This document shows, piece by piece, positions 18,626 to 29,905 of a stretch of 50,736 bases of DNA; position 1 is the first letter of the stretch, and every line of letters begins with the position of its first letter. The notes beneath the pieces are model-generated. The model was not told the DNA's origin. It was given only the letters and a program-made list of their open reading frames with translations, and ran no database searches. Origin of the DNA: Sphingobacteriales bacterium. GTDB taxonomy: Bacteria > Bacteroidota > Bacteroidia > Sphingobacteriales > Sphingobacteriaceae. The translations under genes were made by a program, and so were the position numbers. The stretch covers positions 1-50,736 of the forward strand of contig JBBSRF010000001.1 of assembly GCA_038243335.1 (NCBI GenBank), read 5' to 3'.

Positions 18626-19768
18626 ATGCTGTTTGAATTAAGTGAAGAACAATTGATGATACAACAGGCTGCTAGAGATTTTGCCCAAACAGAATTAAAG
18701 CCTGGAGTAATAGAAAGAGACGAACATCAGAAATTTCCAAAAGAACAAGTAAAAAAACTCGGTGAACTTGGATTTTTAGGAATGATGGTTAACCCAAAAT
18801 ACAATGGAAGTGGCATGGATGCTGTTTCTTATGTTTTAGTAATGGAAGAACTTTCTAAAGTAGACGCATCTGCTTCTGTAGTGGTTTCTGTAAATAACTC
18901 ATTAGTTTGCTATGGATTAGAAACGTACGCAAATGAAACTCAAAAAGAAAAGTATTTAAAACCTTTAGCGTCTGGCGAAAAAATTGGAGCCTTTTGTTTA
19001 TCGGAACCAGAAGCAGGCTCTGATGCTACATCTCAGCAAACTACCGCAGAAGATATGGGCGATTATTACTTACTTAATGGAACTAAAAACTGGATTACAA
19101 ATGGTAGTACAGCAAGTACTTATTTGGTAATTGCACAAACGCATAAAGAATTAAGACATAAAGGGATCAACGCATTTATAGTAGAAGCTGGTATGCCAGG
19201 TTTTACAGTTGGACCTAAAGAAAACAAATTGGGAATAAGAGGGTCTGATACACATTCACTAATGTTTAATGATGTAAAAATACCTAAAGAGAATAGAATT
19301 GGTGAAGACGGTTTTGGTTTTAAATTTGCAATGAAGACATTAGAAGGCGGTAGAATTGGCATTGCTGCTCAAGCATTAGGCATTGCTGCTGGCGCTTACG
19401 AATTGGCTTTAGCGTATTCAAAACAACGCAAATCTTTTGGAAAGGCAATTTCAGAACATCAAGCTATTGCATTTAAATTGGCAGATATGGCTACGCAGAT
19501 TGAGGCAGCTCGCTTGTTAGTTTACAAAGCAGCGTGGTTAAAAGATCAAGGTCAAAATTATACTTTGGCAGGATCTATGGCTAAATTATTTGCAAGTAAA
19601 GTTGCAATGGACGTTACCGTAGAAGCAGTTCAAATACATGGCGGTTATGGCTTTGTTAAAGAATACCATGTAGAAAGATTAATGAGAGATGCAAAAATTA
19701 CCCAGATTTATGAAGGTACATCCGAAATACAAAAAATGGTAATTAGTAGAAGTATTTTAAGTAAGTAA
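18626..19768 (+). CDS. Acyl-CoA dehydrogenase (short/branched chain type)
   Basis: FCLSEPEAGSDA, NGTKNWITNG, KLGIRGSDT, QIHGGYG, IYEGTSEIQ. Confidence 0.96.
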   Translation: MLFELSEEQLMIQQAARDFAQTELKPGVIERDEHQKFPKEQVKKLGELGFLGMMVNPKYNGSGMDAVSYVLVMEELSKVDASASVVVSVNNSLVCYGLETYANETQKEKYLKPLASGEKIGAFCLSEPEAGSDATSQQTTAEDMGDYYLLNGTKNWITNGSTASTYLVIAQTHKELRHKGINAFIVEAGMPGFTVGPKENKLGIRGSDTHSLMFNDVKIPKENRIGEDGFGFKFAMKTLEGGRIGIAAQALGIAAGAYELALAYSKQRKSFGKAISEHQAIAFKLADMATQIEAARLLVYKAAWLKDQGQNYTLAGSMAKLFASKVAMDVTVEAVQIHGGYGFVKEYHVERLMRDAKITQIYEGTSEIQKMVISRSILSK

Positions 19769-19804
19769 AGACAAAGAATAAACACCGAAGTATAAAGCGG
19801 AATA

Positions 19805-19842
19805 TAAAAATCCATAAAGAAATAATTCTTTGTGGATTTTTA
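19805..19842. terminator. Bidirectional terminator
   Basis: TAAAAATCCATAAAGAA...TTCTTTGTGGATTTTTA between convergent genes. Confidence 0.75.
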
Positions 19843-19851
19843 ATTTATTAC

Positions 19852-20199
19852 CTATTTCTTCTCAATTCCAAAAATAGAATCTAATATCATTTTTATCACA
19901 GAAACCACAATAGCTAAAATTGCTGCGGCTAAAAAGCCTGTAGTATTAAATCCCGTCATTAAATGGTCAACCAGCAATATCATTAATACTGTAATGATAA
20001 ATGAGATTAAGCCAAGGGTTAAAATGTTCAATGGAAATGTAAAAATTCTTAAAATTAATCCAATCGTTGCATTTGCAATGGCAATTAAAAGTGCTGCGAT
20101 AATTGCGCTTAAGTAGCCATCCACACTCACGCCAGGTATAATATAGGCGCCAATCATCATGGCAAGCCCCATCAATAAAATTTCGATTATTAGTTTCAT
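19852..20199 (-). CDS. 4-TM YvlD/'phage holin family' membrane protein
   Basis: Four hydrophobic helices, PLNILTLGL motif. Confidence 0.85.
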   Translation of the reverse strand: MKLIIEILLMGLAMMIGAYIIPGVSVDGYLSAIIAALLIAIANATIGLILRIFTFPLNILTLGLISFIITVLMILLVDHLMTGFNTTGFLAAAILAIVVSVIKMILDSIFGIEKK

Positions 20200-20216
20200 T
20201 GTGCTAATTTAGTTTA

Positions 20217-20648
20217 ATGTTTAAATATAAGAAGTTTCTTTTATTCGGTATTTCTTTTTGTCTTTTCTTTTCTTGTAATCAAACAAAGAGTAAGCCATTA
20301 TTAATCGCGTTCTCTTCAGATAGTTCAAAAATTATAATTAAAGATATTGATGAAGCAGGACTGTATCGGCTTAAAAGTAATATTAATGCAGATAGTAGCT
20401 ATCAACAATTAGTTACTGTATTGCAAACTCCGCAAGATGATGACTCTACGAGTATGGAAATAGAATGGAAAGGAAAATTAAATATTGAAGGAAATGAGCT
20501 TGTGTTTACTCCTGCTTTTCCCTTTGTTAAAGGGAAAACTTATTTAATAGAAACAATCATAAACTCGCATTTTGCTAATGGCGAAGATATTATTAGTGGT
20601 AAGGTTGGTACTCATATTAAATCTCAGCAACAAACCTTAAAAAGATAA
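20217..20648 (+). CDS. Hypothetical lipoprotein
   Basis: Lipobox FFSC; VFTPAFPFVKGKTY resembles an Ig-like domain end. Confidence 0.7.
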   Translation: MFKYKKFLLFGISFCLFFSCNQTKSKPLLIAFSSDSSKIIIKDIDEAGLYRLKSNINADSSYQQLVTVLQTPQDDDSTSMEIEWKGKLNIEGNELVFTPAFPFVKGKTYLIETIINSHFANGEDIISGKVGTHIKSQQQTLKR

Positions 20649-20697
20649 TTTATTATTCTCATTTTGAAGAGGTTTTTTATTTTTCAAATATTATGCT

Positions 20698-20752
20698 TAC
20701 ATTTGCACGGTAATAGCGGATGGAGAGGGGACAGAGTCCCCTCTTTTCTTTT
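20698..20752 (+). promoter_or_regulatory. rimP operon promoter and leader attenuator hairpin
   Basis: TACATTTG (20698-705), then AGAGGGGAC-AGA-GTCCCCTCT + TTTCTTTT, 15 nt before rimP ATG. Confidence 0.7.
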
Positions 20753-20767
20753 ACAACAATTTAAAGT

Positions 20768-21232
20768 ATGCAGGTAGAAAATAGAGTTAAAGCATTAGTA
20801 GAGGAGAAAATTGTCGATAGACCTGAACTATTTTTGGTGAACATAAAAATGCTGCCAAACAATAAGTTAATTATACATGTAGATGGTGATGAAGGAATAA
20901 GCATTCAGGATTGTGCTGCAATTAGCAGACATGTAGGGTTTCATTTAGAAGAGGAAAATACAATTGACAAAGCTTATAATCTGGAAGTTTCTTCTCCTGG
21001 AGTTGGAGAACCTCTTTTACTCAGCCGTCAATATCATAAAAATATTGGTAGAGAGTTAAGTGTTAAACTTGGCGAGGGTGTGGTGAAAGAAGGAAAATTA
21101 ATTTCTGTTACTGATAATGGTATTTTATTAGAAGAAAAAGTTAAAGAAAAAGGTAAGAAAGTTCAATTAATAGAAACACAAATTGAATTTAATGCCATAA
21201 TAGAAACAAAGGTTTTAATTTCATTTAAATAA
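20768..21232 (+). CDS. rimP: Ribosome maturation factor RimP
   Basis: GISIQDCAAISR, YNLEVSSPGV; upstream of nusA. Confidence 0.96.
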   Translation: MQVENRVKALVEEKIVDRPELFLVNIKMLPNNKLIIHVDGDEGISIQDCAAISRHVGFHLEEENTIDKAYNLEVSSPGVGEPLLLSRQYHKNIGRELSVKLGEGVVKEGKLISVTDNGILLEEKVKEKGKKVQLIETQIEFNAIIETKVLISFK

Positions 21233-21236
21233 AAAA

Positions 21237-22472
21237 ATGAGCAATATTAATTTAATCGATTCATTTCAAGAATTCAAGGATTTCAAGAATATCGACCGCC
21301 CTACAGTAATTAGTGTGCTGGAAGAGGTATTTCGCAGTATGTTGCGTAAAAAATACGGAACAGATGAAAACTGCGATGTAATTGTGAATCCAGACAACGG
21401 AGATTTGGAAATCTGGAGAACAAGAAAAGTTATGGAAGATGGTTTTTCTGAAGATGATGATTTGGAAATCGAACTTGCTGAAGTAAAGCTGTTAGATGCT
21501 GATATGGAAGTTGGAGATGATTACATTGAGCAAATTACTTTAGAAAGTTTTGGTCGTAGAGCTATTTTAGCTGCTCGTCAAACGCTTGTTTCTAAAGTTT
21601 TAGAATTAGAAAAAGACGAGATTTTTAAAAAGTATAAAGATAGAGTTGGAGAAATAGTGGTAGGAGAAGTTTACCAAGTTTGGAAAAAAGAAACTTTGAT
21701 TTTGGATGATGAAGGTAACGAGTTATTGATGCCTAAAACAGAACAAATCCCTGCGGATTATTTCAAAAAAGGTGATTCTGTTCGAGCGGTAATTTCTAAA
21801 GTTGACATGTTGAATGCAACACCAAAAATTATTATTTCTAGAATTGCACCAGAATTCTTACAACGCTTGTTCGAAATCGAAGTTCCAGAAATTTTCGACG
21901 GATTAATAACCATTAAAAAAATTGTTCGTGAACCAGGAGAAAGAGCTAAAGTTGCTGTAGAATCTTATGATGATAGAATAGACCCAGTTGGCGCCTGTGT
22001 TGGGATGAAAGGCTCTCGTATCCACGGTATCGTAAGAGAATTAAAAAATGAAAATATTGATGTAATTAACTTTACAAATAATACTTCACTATACATACAA
22101 CGTGCGTTAAGTCCTGCTAAAATTACTTCTATTAAATTAAATGATGAAAATAAAACAGCATCAGTGTATTTAAAACCAGATCAAGTCTCATTAGCAATTG
22201 GCCGAGGTGGACATAATATAAAGTTGGCAGGTAAATTGACAGGATATGAAATTGATGTTTATCGTGAGGCTGGAGAAGAAGATGAAGATGTAGATATCGA
22301 AGAATTCTCGGATGAAATTGATAGTTGGATCATTGATGAGTTGAAAGCAATTGGATGCGATACCGCAAAAAGTGTTTTAGCTTTATCAGTAGATGAATTA
22401 GTAAAACGTACCGATTTAGAGGAAGAAACGATTAAAGAAGTGATTAGTATTCTTAAATCGGAATTTGAATAA
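21237..22472 (+). CDS. nusA: Transcription termination factor NusA
   Basis: S1 + KH domains, REPGERAKVAV, DPVGACVG, SLAIGRGGHN. Confidence 0.98.
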   Translation: MSNINLIDSFQEFKDFKNIDRPTVISVLEEVFRSMLRKKYGTDENCDVIVNPDNGDLEIWRTRKVMEDGFSEDDDLEIELAEVKLLDADMEVGDDYIEQITLESFGRRAILAARQTLVSKVLELEKDEIFKKYKDRVGEIVVGEVYQVWKKETLILDDEGNELLMPKTEQIPADYFKKGDSVRAVISKVDMLNATPKIIISRIAPEFLQRLFEIEVPEIFDGLITIKKIVREPGERAKVAVESYDDRIDPVGACVGMKGSRIHGIVRELKNENIDVINFTNNTSLYIQRALSPAKITSIKLNDENKTASVYLKPDQVSLAIGRGGHNIKLAGKLTGYEIDVYREAGEEDEDVDIEEFSDEIDSWIIDELKAIGCDTAKSVLALSVDELVKRTDLEEETIKEVISILKSEFE

Positions 22473-22543
22473 ACGTGTTATGCTTGAATAAATAAGAATA
22501 AACGTTACTTTTGTAAATAATTTAGTAAATAACAGTATAATAG

Positions 22544-25531
22544 ATGTCAGACGACAAAGCCATAATTTTATTTAAAGCAGTTAAAGAACTTAACGTAGGA
22601 AGCTCGACGATTATAGAGTTTCTTAGTAAGAAAGGCTTTGCTGTGGAAAATAAGCCCACTACAAAACTCTCAAAAGAGATGTACGATACATTGTTAAGAG
22701 AATTTCAGGGGGATAAAATCGTAAAAGAGGAAGCCAATCAGATCGTTATAGGTAAAATTCGTCGTGATGAACCTGAAATAGCTGAGAAAGCTCCTGAGGC
22801 GCCTACAAAAAAACAAGACTTTGAAAACGAAGGTATTTTAATAAAAAATCTTCATTCATATACTCCTCCAGCTGAGAAGCCCAAGGAAGAAGCTCCTGTT
22901 GTTGCAGAGAAGCCAATCGAACCAGTTACAGCTCCTGTTAAAGAAGTTGCAACTAAAGAAGACGACGGGTCATTACCAGGTGTTAAAGTTATAGGGAAAA
23001 TAAATCTTAATGATCTAAATAGTAAAACTCGTCCTGTTAAAAAGGAAGAAGTTGCGCCTAAAGCTGAAGTTAAAAAAGAAATACCAGCAGTGGTTGAAAC
23101 GCCTAAAGTTGAGACTGCTACTGTTATAGAAAAGCCAGTTGCTGCACCTATAATAGCAGAGAAAGCGCCTGTTGAAACGCCTAAGGTAGAAGTGAAGGCA
23201 GCGGTTAAACCACCAGTTGTTGCAAAAACTCCAGAAGTACCAGTTGTTGAAACTCAAAAGACAGATGACGAGGTGATTAAAGCTCGTTCGGTAAAATTAT
23301 CAGGACCAAATATTATTGGTAAAATTGTTTTGCCTACCACTCCTGATCGTAGAAACCAGCCAGTTGCTTCATCTAATGATAGCGATGCTGCTAAACGCAA
23401 GCGTAAACGTAAAAAAACTCCTGGTGGTCCAAACACAAATACACCTCAACAAAGTCATGGTCAAGGAAATCAAACGCCTCGTCCAGCTAGTACACCAGCT
23501 CCACATGTAGGTAACAGACCAGATTTTAGAAATAATACAAATAATACAGCTGGCGGTCGTCCAAACTTTAGAAATGCTAGACCTGGTGCTCCATTGGGTG
23601 GGCCTAAAGAAGAGCCAACAGAAAAAGAAATACAAGATCAGATTAAAGCTACACTTGCTCGTTTAAGTGGAGCAGGTAAATCTGGTAAATTTGCGCAACG
23701 TGCAAAACTACGTCGTCAGAAACGTGATGATGTTGCATTAACAGCAGAAGAAGCAGCAGCAGAAGATCAACTACAATCTAAAGTTTTACGAGTTACAGAA
23801 TTTGTTACGGCAAATGAACTTGCAATTATGATGGATGTACAAGTAACTAAAATTATTGGAACTTGTATGAGCTTAGGTATGTTCGTTTCAATTAACCAAC
23901 GTTTAGATGCAGAAACATTAACAATCGTTGCTGATGAGTTTGGTTATGAAATTCAATTTGTTAAAGCTGATGAAGAAGCTGATAGTATAATTGAAGAAGA
24001 GGATGCTCCAGAAGATTTAGAAACAAGAGTTCCAGTGGTAACTATTATGGGTCACGTGGATCATGGTAAAACATCTTTGCTAGATTACATTCGTAAAGCA
24101 AATGTAGTAGCTGGTGAAGCAGGTGGTATTACGCAACACATTGGTGCTTATAAAGTAACAACTAACTCTGGTAAACAAGTAACTTTCTTAGATACACCGG
24201 GTCACGAAGCCTTTACAGCGATGCGTGCTCGTGGTGCTAAAGTTGCGGATATTGCAATTATCGTTATTGCTGCAGATGATGCAGTAATGCCGCAAACTAA
24301 AGAAGCAATTACTCACGCACAAGCAGCGGGTGTTCCTTTGGTATTTGCATTTACAAAAATTGATAAACCGGGTGCTAATTCAGATAGAGTTAGAGAACAG
24401 TTATCAGTAATGAATATTTTGGTTGAAGATTGGGGGGGTAAATTCCAATCTCAAGAAATATCTAGTAAAAGCGGCTTAAACGTCGATTTACTTTTAGATA
24501 AAGTATTGTTAGAAGCAGAATTATTAGAATTAACAGCTAATTCAAATAAAAGAGCAACAGGTACAGTTATCGAAGCAACCTTAGATAAAGGGCGTGGTAT
24601 TGTAACTACAGTATTGGTACAAGCTGGTACATTAAGAGTAGGTGATCCGATATTGGCTGGTAGTTATAGCGGTAAAGTAAAAGCTTTATTCAATGAGCGT
24701 GGAACTAAGGTAGATTCAGCAGGTCCTTCTGTTCCAGTTCAAGTTTTGGGTATGCAAGGCGCACCTACTGCAGGCGACAAGTTTAATGCAATGGAGAGTG
24801 AAGTTGAAGCGAGAGATATTGCAAATAAGCGCTTACAGTTAATGCGTGAGCAAGGTCTGCGCACTCAGAAACACATAACTTTAGATGAGATCGGACGTCG
24901 TTTGGCAATTGGTAACTTTAAAGAGTTAAACTTAATAGTTAAAGGTGATGTGGATGGTTCTATTGAAGCATTAGCCGATTCGTTATTAAAACTATCTACT
25001 GAAGAAATTCAAATTAATATTATTGGTAAAGCAGTAGGTCAGATATCAGAATCTGATGTATTGTTAGCATCTGCTTCAGATGCAATCATTATCGGTTTCC
25101 AAGTACGTCCTTCGCCAGGTGCTCGTAAATTAGCAGAGGCTGAACAAATTGATATTCGTTTATATTCTATTATTTACGATGCAATTAATGAGATAAAAGC
25201 GGCAATGGAAGGTATGTTGTCTCCAGAGTTTGAAGAGAAAATCGTGGCTAACGTAGAAATTAGAGAAACCTTTAAAATCACTAAAGTTGGTACCATTGCA
25301 GGTTGTATGGTATTAGACGGTAAAATTACCCGAAAAAGTGCGATACGTATCGTACGTGATGGTGTTGTAGTTTATACTGGTGAGTTAGCCTCGTTGAAAC
25401 GTTTCAAAGATGATGTTAAAGAAGTAGCTAAAGGTTACGAATGTGGTTTAAATATTCAAAACTTTAATAATATTGAAGTTGGAGATATTGTAGAAGCTTA
25501 CGAACAAGTAGAAGTAAAACGTAAATTATAA
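22544..25531 (+). CDS. infB: Translation initiation factor IF-2
   Basis: [33 protein letters not shown]. Confidence 0.99.
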   Translation: MSDDKAIILFKAVKELNVGSSTIIEFLSKKGFAVENKPTTKLSKEMYDTLLREFQGDKIVKEEANQIVIGKIRRDEPEIAEKAPEAPTKKQDFENEGILIKNLHSYTPPAEKPKEEAPVVAEKPIEPVTAPVKEVATKEDDGSLPGVKVIGKINLNDLNSKTRPVKKEEVAPKAEVKKEIPAVVETPKVETATVIEKPVAAPIIAEKAPVETPKVEVKAAVKPPVVAKTPEVPVVETQKTDDEVIKARSVKLSGPNIIGKIVLPTTPDRRNQPVASSNDSDAAKRKRKRKKTPGGPNTNTPQQSHGQGNQTPRPASTPAPHVGNRPDFRNNTNNTAGGRPNFRNARPGAPLGGPKEEPTEKEIQDQIKATLARLSGAGKSGKFAQRAKLRRQKRDDVALTAEEAAAEDQLQSKVLRVTEFVTANELAIMMDVQVTKIIGTCMSLGMFVSINQRLDAETLTIVADEFGYEIQFVKADEEADSIIEEEDAPEDLETRVPVVTIMGHVDHGKTSLLDYIRKANVVAGEAGGITQHIGAYKVTTNSGKQVTFLDTPGHEAFTAMRARGAKVADIAIIVIAADDAVMPQTKEAITHAQAAGVPLVFAFTKIDKPGANSDRVREQLSVMNILVEDWGGKFQSQEISSKSGLNVDLLLDKVLLEAELLELTANSNKRATGTVIEATLDKGRGIVTTVLVQAGTLRVGDPILAGSYSGKVKALFNERGTKVDSAGPSVPVQVLGMQGAPTAGDKFNAMESEVEARDIANKRLQLMREQGLRTQKHITLDEIGRRLAIGNFKELNLIVKGDVDGSIEALADSLLKLSTEEIQINIIGKAVGQISESDVLLASASDAIIIGFQVRPSPGARKLAEAEQIDIRLYSIIYDAINEIKAAMEGMLSPEFEEKIVANVEIRETFKITKVGTIAGCMVLDGKITRKSAIRIVRDGVVVYTGELASLKRFKDDVKEVAKGYECGLNIQNFNNIEVGDIVEAYEQVEVKRKL

Positions 25532-25551
25532 TATATTTATTTTAAAATATT

Positions 25552-25578
25552 AAGGAGCGATTTATTCGCTCCTTTTTT
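25552..25578 (+). terminator. Intrinsic terminator after infB
   Basis: AAGGAGCGA-TTTAT-TCGCTCCTT followed by a T-run. Confidence 0.85.
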
Positions 25579-25652
25579 ATGCATAAATTTTTATTCTGTA
25601 TCAATTTTATTAAACAAATATTGTCTCGAGTATTAGAAATTATTTTTGATTA

Positions 25653-27476
25653 TTAATCATTAAATGCCTGCATTTCTATTAAACGATTATATAAACCGTT
25701 TCGTTTAATTAACTCACTATGACTCCCTGTTTCAACAACGGTTCCTTTATCAATTACAATAATGTTATCTGCATGTTGTATGGTGCTTAAACGGTGTGCA
25801 ATTACTATAGATGTTCTATTTTGCATTAAATTGTTTAAAGCATCTTGCACTAGTCTTTCTGATTCTGTATCTAATGCAGAAGTTGCCTCATCTAAAAGCA
25901 TAATCGGTGGATTATCTAATATTGCTCTCGCTATACAAATTCTTTGTTTTTGACCACCAGAAAGTTTATTTCCTCTATCTCCTACAAAAGATTGATAACC
26001 GTCTTCTGTACCTACTATAAACTCATGAGCATTGGCAACTTTCGCTGCGGCAATAACTTCAACTTCAGTAGCTTCTGGTTTGCCGAAAGCGATATTATTA
26101 AAGATGGTATCATTAAACAAAATGCTTTCTTGGTTAACTGTTCCCATCTGCTTTCTAATGCTTTCTACAGTTAAATCTTGATAATTTTGCCCATCAATTT
26201 TCAAAATCCCAGTTTTAGGGTCATGAAAACGAGGTATCAAATCCATTAGCGTACTTTTTCCGCCGCCAGAAGGACCAACTAAGGCCACTGTTGTTCCTTT
26301 TTTAATATTGATATTAATGTTTTTTAATATTTCTTTATCGCCATAATTAAAACTAACATTTTCAAATATTAATTCATTTTCAAATTTACTTAAGACTTTA
26401 CTATTAAGTTTATTAACTACATCTGGTTTGGTATCGATTAATTCTAATACACGTTCGCCAGCTGCAATACCATTGTGAATTCCACTAAATGAATCGGTAA
26501 GCGCTTTTATTGGTTGCATAATTTGTGAAAAGGTAGCCAAATAAACGATAAATTCATCTGCTGCTAAATCTCCTTTTCCTGTTAAAATCATGCCGCCACC
26601 GTAAAGTAAAATAAAAACAACAACTAAAACACCTAACGTTTGAGAAACTGGAGAGGCCAATTGTTGTCGCCTTGCCATCTTACGGTTAAGATTTGAATAG
26701 AATTTATTTTCATCGTCGAATTTTTCTTTAATCCTTAAAGTTGCATTAAAAGCTTTAATTATTTTAATACCTCCAAGCGCCTCGTCTAAAAACCCAATCA
26801 TTTTAGCGAAAGACTGGTGAGATTCAGTAGATTGTTGTTTTAATCTTTTTACAATTTTACTGATGATAAATCCAGAAACTGGAATAACTAAAAGTGAAAA
26901 TAAGGTTAATTTTATTGAAATAGAAAGTAAAACACCGATAAAGAATATTAACTGAACAGGCTCCTTAAAAACTACTTGTAGAGTGTTTGTAACAGAAAAT
27001 TGTACAACTTGTACGTCTGATGCAACTTTAGAAATAATATCACCTTTACGTTCATTATTAAAATAACCTACATGTAGGTTCATAACATTGTTAAAGACAG
27101 CTTTACGCATGTTTAATAAAGTATGAACCCTTAAATCTTCCATATATCTTTGAGAGAAGTAACGGAAAAAGTTTGCTAGAAATACAGTAATTACAATAAC
27201 AATACAGATTACTTGAAGTGCATAAACCTTATCATGCATCACAATAATTTCGTCTACGTATTGACTAAATATCTTCATCGGATTTATAGATGAAGTTTTA
27301 ACTACCTTAGTTATTTTATCTTGACTATCATCTAAAAATATAGTATTCATGATGGGGCCAAGCAGCGTAAAAAGGAAGGTGTTAAAAATGATAGCAAAAA
27401 GTGTGGTGATAATATATGGAATTGCAAATTTTTCTATTGGTTTTGCAAAAGATAATAAACGAAAATAGATCTTCAT
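25653..27476 (-). CDS. MsbA-like ABC exporter (TMD + NBD)
   Basis: N-terminal TM domain, GPSGGGKST, LSGGQKQR, LLDEATSALD, IAHRLST. Confidence 0.92.
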   Translation of the reverse strand: MKIYFRLLSFAKPIEKFAIPYIITTLFAIIFNTFLFTLLGPIMNTIFLDDSQDKITKVVKTSSINPMKIFSQYVDEIIVMHDKVYALQVICIVIVITVFLANFFRYFSQRYMEDLRVHTLLNMRKAVFNNVMNLHVGYFNNERKGDIISKVASDVQVVQFSVTNTLQVVFKEPVQLIFFIGVLLSISIKLTLFSLLVIPVSGFIISKIVKRLKQQSTESHQSFAKMIGFLDEALGGIKIIKAFNATLRIKEKFDDENKFYSNLNRKMARRQQLASPVSQTLGVLVVVFILLYGGGMILTGKGDLAADEFIVYLATFSQIMQPIKALTDSFSGIHNGIAAGERVLELIDTKPDVVNKLNSKVLSKFENELIFENVSFNYGDKEILKNININIKKGTTVALVGPSGGGKSTLMDLIPRFHDPKTGILKIDGQNYQDLTVESIRKQMGTVNQESILFNDTIFNNIAFGKPEATEVEVIAAAKVANAHEFIVGTEDGYQSFVGDRGNKLSGGQKQRICIARAILDNPPIMLLDEATSALDTESERLVQDALNNLMQNRTSIVIAHRLSTIQHADNIIVIDKGTVVETGSHSELIKRNGLYNRLIEMQAFND

Positions 27477-27610
27477 ATAAAATGATATAAGAAGACAAAG
27501 TTAATATTTTTGCGGTTTGTTTAGGTGATTGGCTTAATGTGTAATTATTATAATACTTAATGCTCTTATTTTAGCTAAAAATTACGTTTATTTGTTAAAA
27601 GAGTTGATTA

Positions 27611-28510
27611 ATGAAGCCTTATTTACCATATCTAAAAGGAATTAAAAAGGGAGATTTTAGGATTTTGGCTAGGGCATTAACTTTGGTTGAAAATAATCTT
27701 GAGCCTAGTTCAGATTTATTAAAAAATCTTCATATTAATTTAAATATACCTGTCATTGGTATTACTGGACCTCCAGGTGCTGGTAAAAGTACGTTAGTAA
27801 ATGCGATTACTGCAAATTTTACTGACAATGGAAAAAAAATAGCCATTTTGGCAGTTGATCCGACATCTCCATTTAATTTTGGATCCTTATTGGGCGATAG
27901 AATAAGAATGGCTCAACAATTTAATAATCCTAATGTCTACATTAGGTCTATTGCAACTAGAGGGGCATTAGGAGGAGTCTCTGTAAAAACTTTAGAGATG
28001 ATAGATGTACTAAGGTCATCAAACTTTGATATAATTATAGTAGAAACTGTTGGAGTAGGTCAGTCTGAAGTAGAAATAGCTGGATTAGCAGATAAGACAG
28101 TTGTGGTTTTAGTTCCAGAATCTGGAGATGAAATACAAAATATTAAATCTGGCTTAATGGAAATTGCACAAGGATTTGTAGTGAACAAGGCAGATAGAGA
28201 TGGCGCAGAAATTTTTGCTAACAATTTAAGAAAACTAGTTCGCGGACAACATCAAGATATACCTGTTTTTAAAACAGTTGCGGATAAGGGAGATGGATTA
28301 ACAAGTTTGTGTAAATGGTTGTTGACAAAAAACGTAGCTGTTAACGAGCGTAAGCATTTTTTAATTACCGAAAAGGCTTATCGAATTATTCAACATCAAA
28401 GGATGCTAGATATAGATAAAATAATGCTTCGCCAAGCTATTGATGAAGAATTATTAACAAATAATTTTAATGTGTATAGGTTTATTGAAAATTATATTAA
28501 GCATTCATGA
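27611..28510 (+). CDS. meaB: Methylmalonyl-CoA mutase-associated GTPase MeaB
   Basis: GPPGAGKST, AVDPTSP..GSLLGDRIRM, ETVGVGQSE, NKAD. Confidence 0.93.
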   Translation: MKPYLPYLKGIKKGDFRILARALTLVENNLEPSSDLLKNLHINLNIPVIGITGPPGAGKSTLVNAITANFTDNGKKIAILAVDPTSPFNFGSLLGDRIRMAQQFNNPNVYIRSIATRGALGGVSVKTLEMIDVLRSSNFDIIIVETVGVGQSEVEIAGLADKTVVVLVPESGDEIQNIKSGLMEIAQGFVVNKADRDGAEIFANNLRKLVRGQHQDIPVFKTVADKGDGLTSLCKWLLTKNVAVNERKHFLITEKAYRIIQHQRMLDIDKIMLRQAIDEELLTNNFNVYRFIENYIKHS

Positions 28511-29786
28511 TCTCTTCAATTTCTTCTGCAATAATTGGGATTTTCGCCATTAAATCTATATTTCCATTTTTGGTTAAAAGAATGTCATTCTCTAATCTTA
28601 CCCCAAACCCTTCTTCTGGAATATAAATTCCTGGTTCGCAGGTTAGTATGTTGCCAGCAGCAAAAGGTGTATATCTTCCAGCAAGATCATGCACATCAAT
28701 ACCTAAATGATGCGTGTTACCATGCATAAAATATTTTTTATAAGCTGGATATTTTGGGTTCTGATTTTTCACATCAGAAGTAGAAATTAATTTTAAATTA
28801 ATTAATTGTTCGGTCATAATTTCACCAACCTCTTCGTGATAAGTGTTCCATATTGCACCACTAATCATCAATATTTTTGATTCATTTAATACATGAAGAA
28901 CTGCATTGTAAACTTCCTTTTGGCGCTTAGTGAATTTCCCATTAACAGGAATGGTTCTCGTCATATCTGCATTATAATTTGCATATTCCGCACCAAAATC
29001 CATTAAAATCAGTTCTCCATCCTTACATGGCTGATTGTTATCTGTATAATGCAAAATATTCGCATTATTTCCTGAGGCTATAATTGGAGAATAACCATGG
29101 CCAGTTGCTCTTTTGCGAATGAACTCATGAATAATTTCAGCCTCAATTTCATATTCCATTACACCTGGTTTAACGAAATTTAACACTCTTAAGAATGCGT
29201 CTTTGGTAATATCGCAAGCTTGTTGAGTAAGCTCTATTTCAATTTCTGATTTAACGGGTCTTAATTGCCTCATTAAAGGTGCAGCTCTTTCGAATTTATG
29301 CAATGGATATTTTGCACGTAAGTCTTCTATAAAGCGAATATCTCTATAAGTTACAGAGTGTGCATAGCGATCATTCTCATTTGTGTTTAAATAAATATAA
29401 TCTGAATAATGAATAATGCTGTGTAATATATTGTCAAAATCTTCTAACCAATAAATATTTTCTATACCCGATACAGCTCTCGCTTGCTCTTTAGTGTACT
29501 TATGTCCTTCCCAAACCTTAATGTAATCATTTGTCTGTCTTAAAAAAAGGACTTCTCTGTATAATGGATTAGGACAGTCAGGAAATAGCAGTAAAATTGA
29601 TTGTTCTTGGTCTATGCCAGAAAGGTAAAATAAATCAGGATTTTGCTTAAAAAGAAAACTCTGATCACCACTCCTTGGGAATTCGTCGTTTGATTGAAAT
29701 ATTGCTATAGAGTTGTTATTTAATAAATTTATAAATTTTTTTCTGTTGCAAAAGAACAATGAACTGTCGATTTGTTTGTATTTCAT
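28497..29786 (-). CDS. pepP: Xaa-Pro aminopeptidase (aminopeptidase P)
   Basis: AMP_N domain, DFGAEY..YNADMTRT, HHLGIDVHD, TCEPGIY, GVRLENDIL. Confidence 0.93.
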   Translation of the reverse strand: MKYKQIDSSLFFCNRKKFINLLNNNSIAIFQSNDEFPRSGDQSFLFKQNPDLFYLSGIDQEQSILLLFPDCPNPLYREVLFLRQTNDYIKVWEGHKYTKEQARAVSGIENIYWLEDFDNILHSIIHYSDYIYLNTNENDRYAHSVTYRDIRFIEDLRAKYPLHKFERAAPLMRQLRPVKSEIEIELTQQACDITKDAFLRVLNFVKPGVMEYEIEAEIIHEFIRKRATGHGYSPIIASGNNANILHYTDNNQPCKDGELILMDFGAEYANYNADMTRTIPVNGKFTKRQKEVYNAVLHVLNESKILMISGAIWNTYHEEVGEIMTEQLINLKLISTSDVKNQNPKYPAYKKYFMHGNTHHLGIDVHDLAGRYTPFAAGNILTCEPGIYIPEEGFGVRLENDILLTKNGNIDLMAKIPIIAEEIEEIMNA

Positions 29787-29875
29787 AATTTTCGATTAGA
29801 TATATCAATGTGATTCTCTCAAATGTAATAAAAACTTAAAATCTATTAAAGTTTGGAACAGTGTTTGTATAATAC

Positions 29876-29905
29876 TTTGAAATTATAAAAAATTGTGTAA
29901 TTTTG
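29876..29905 (+). promoter_or_regulatory. -33/-7 housekeeping promoter of OmpA gene
   Basis: TTTG (29876-79), 18-nt spacer, TAATTTTG (29898-905). Confidence 0.6.

Noticed and set aside
19852..20199. Prophage suggested by 'phage holin family' protein
   Set aside because: No endolysin, integrase or structural genes nearby; YvlD-type 4-TM proteins are common chromosomal genes
22860..23260. [11 protein letters not shown] repeats and antisense ORFs in infB
   Set aside because: Ordinary low-complexity Pro/Lys/Glu linker of IF-2; antisense ORFs arise from codon bias
28497..28510. 14-bp 3' overlap of meaB and pepP as a regulatory device
   Set aside because: Short convergent overlaps are common; nothing further supports function
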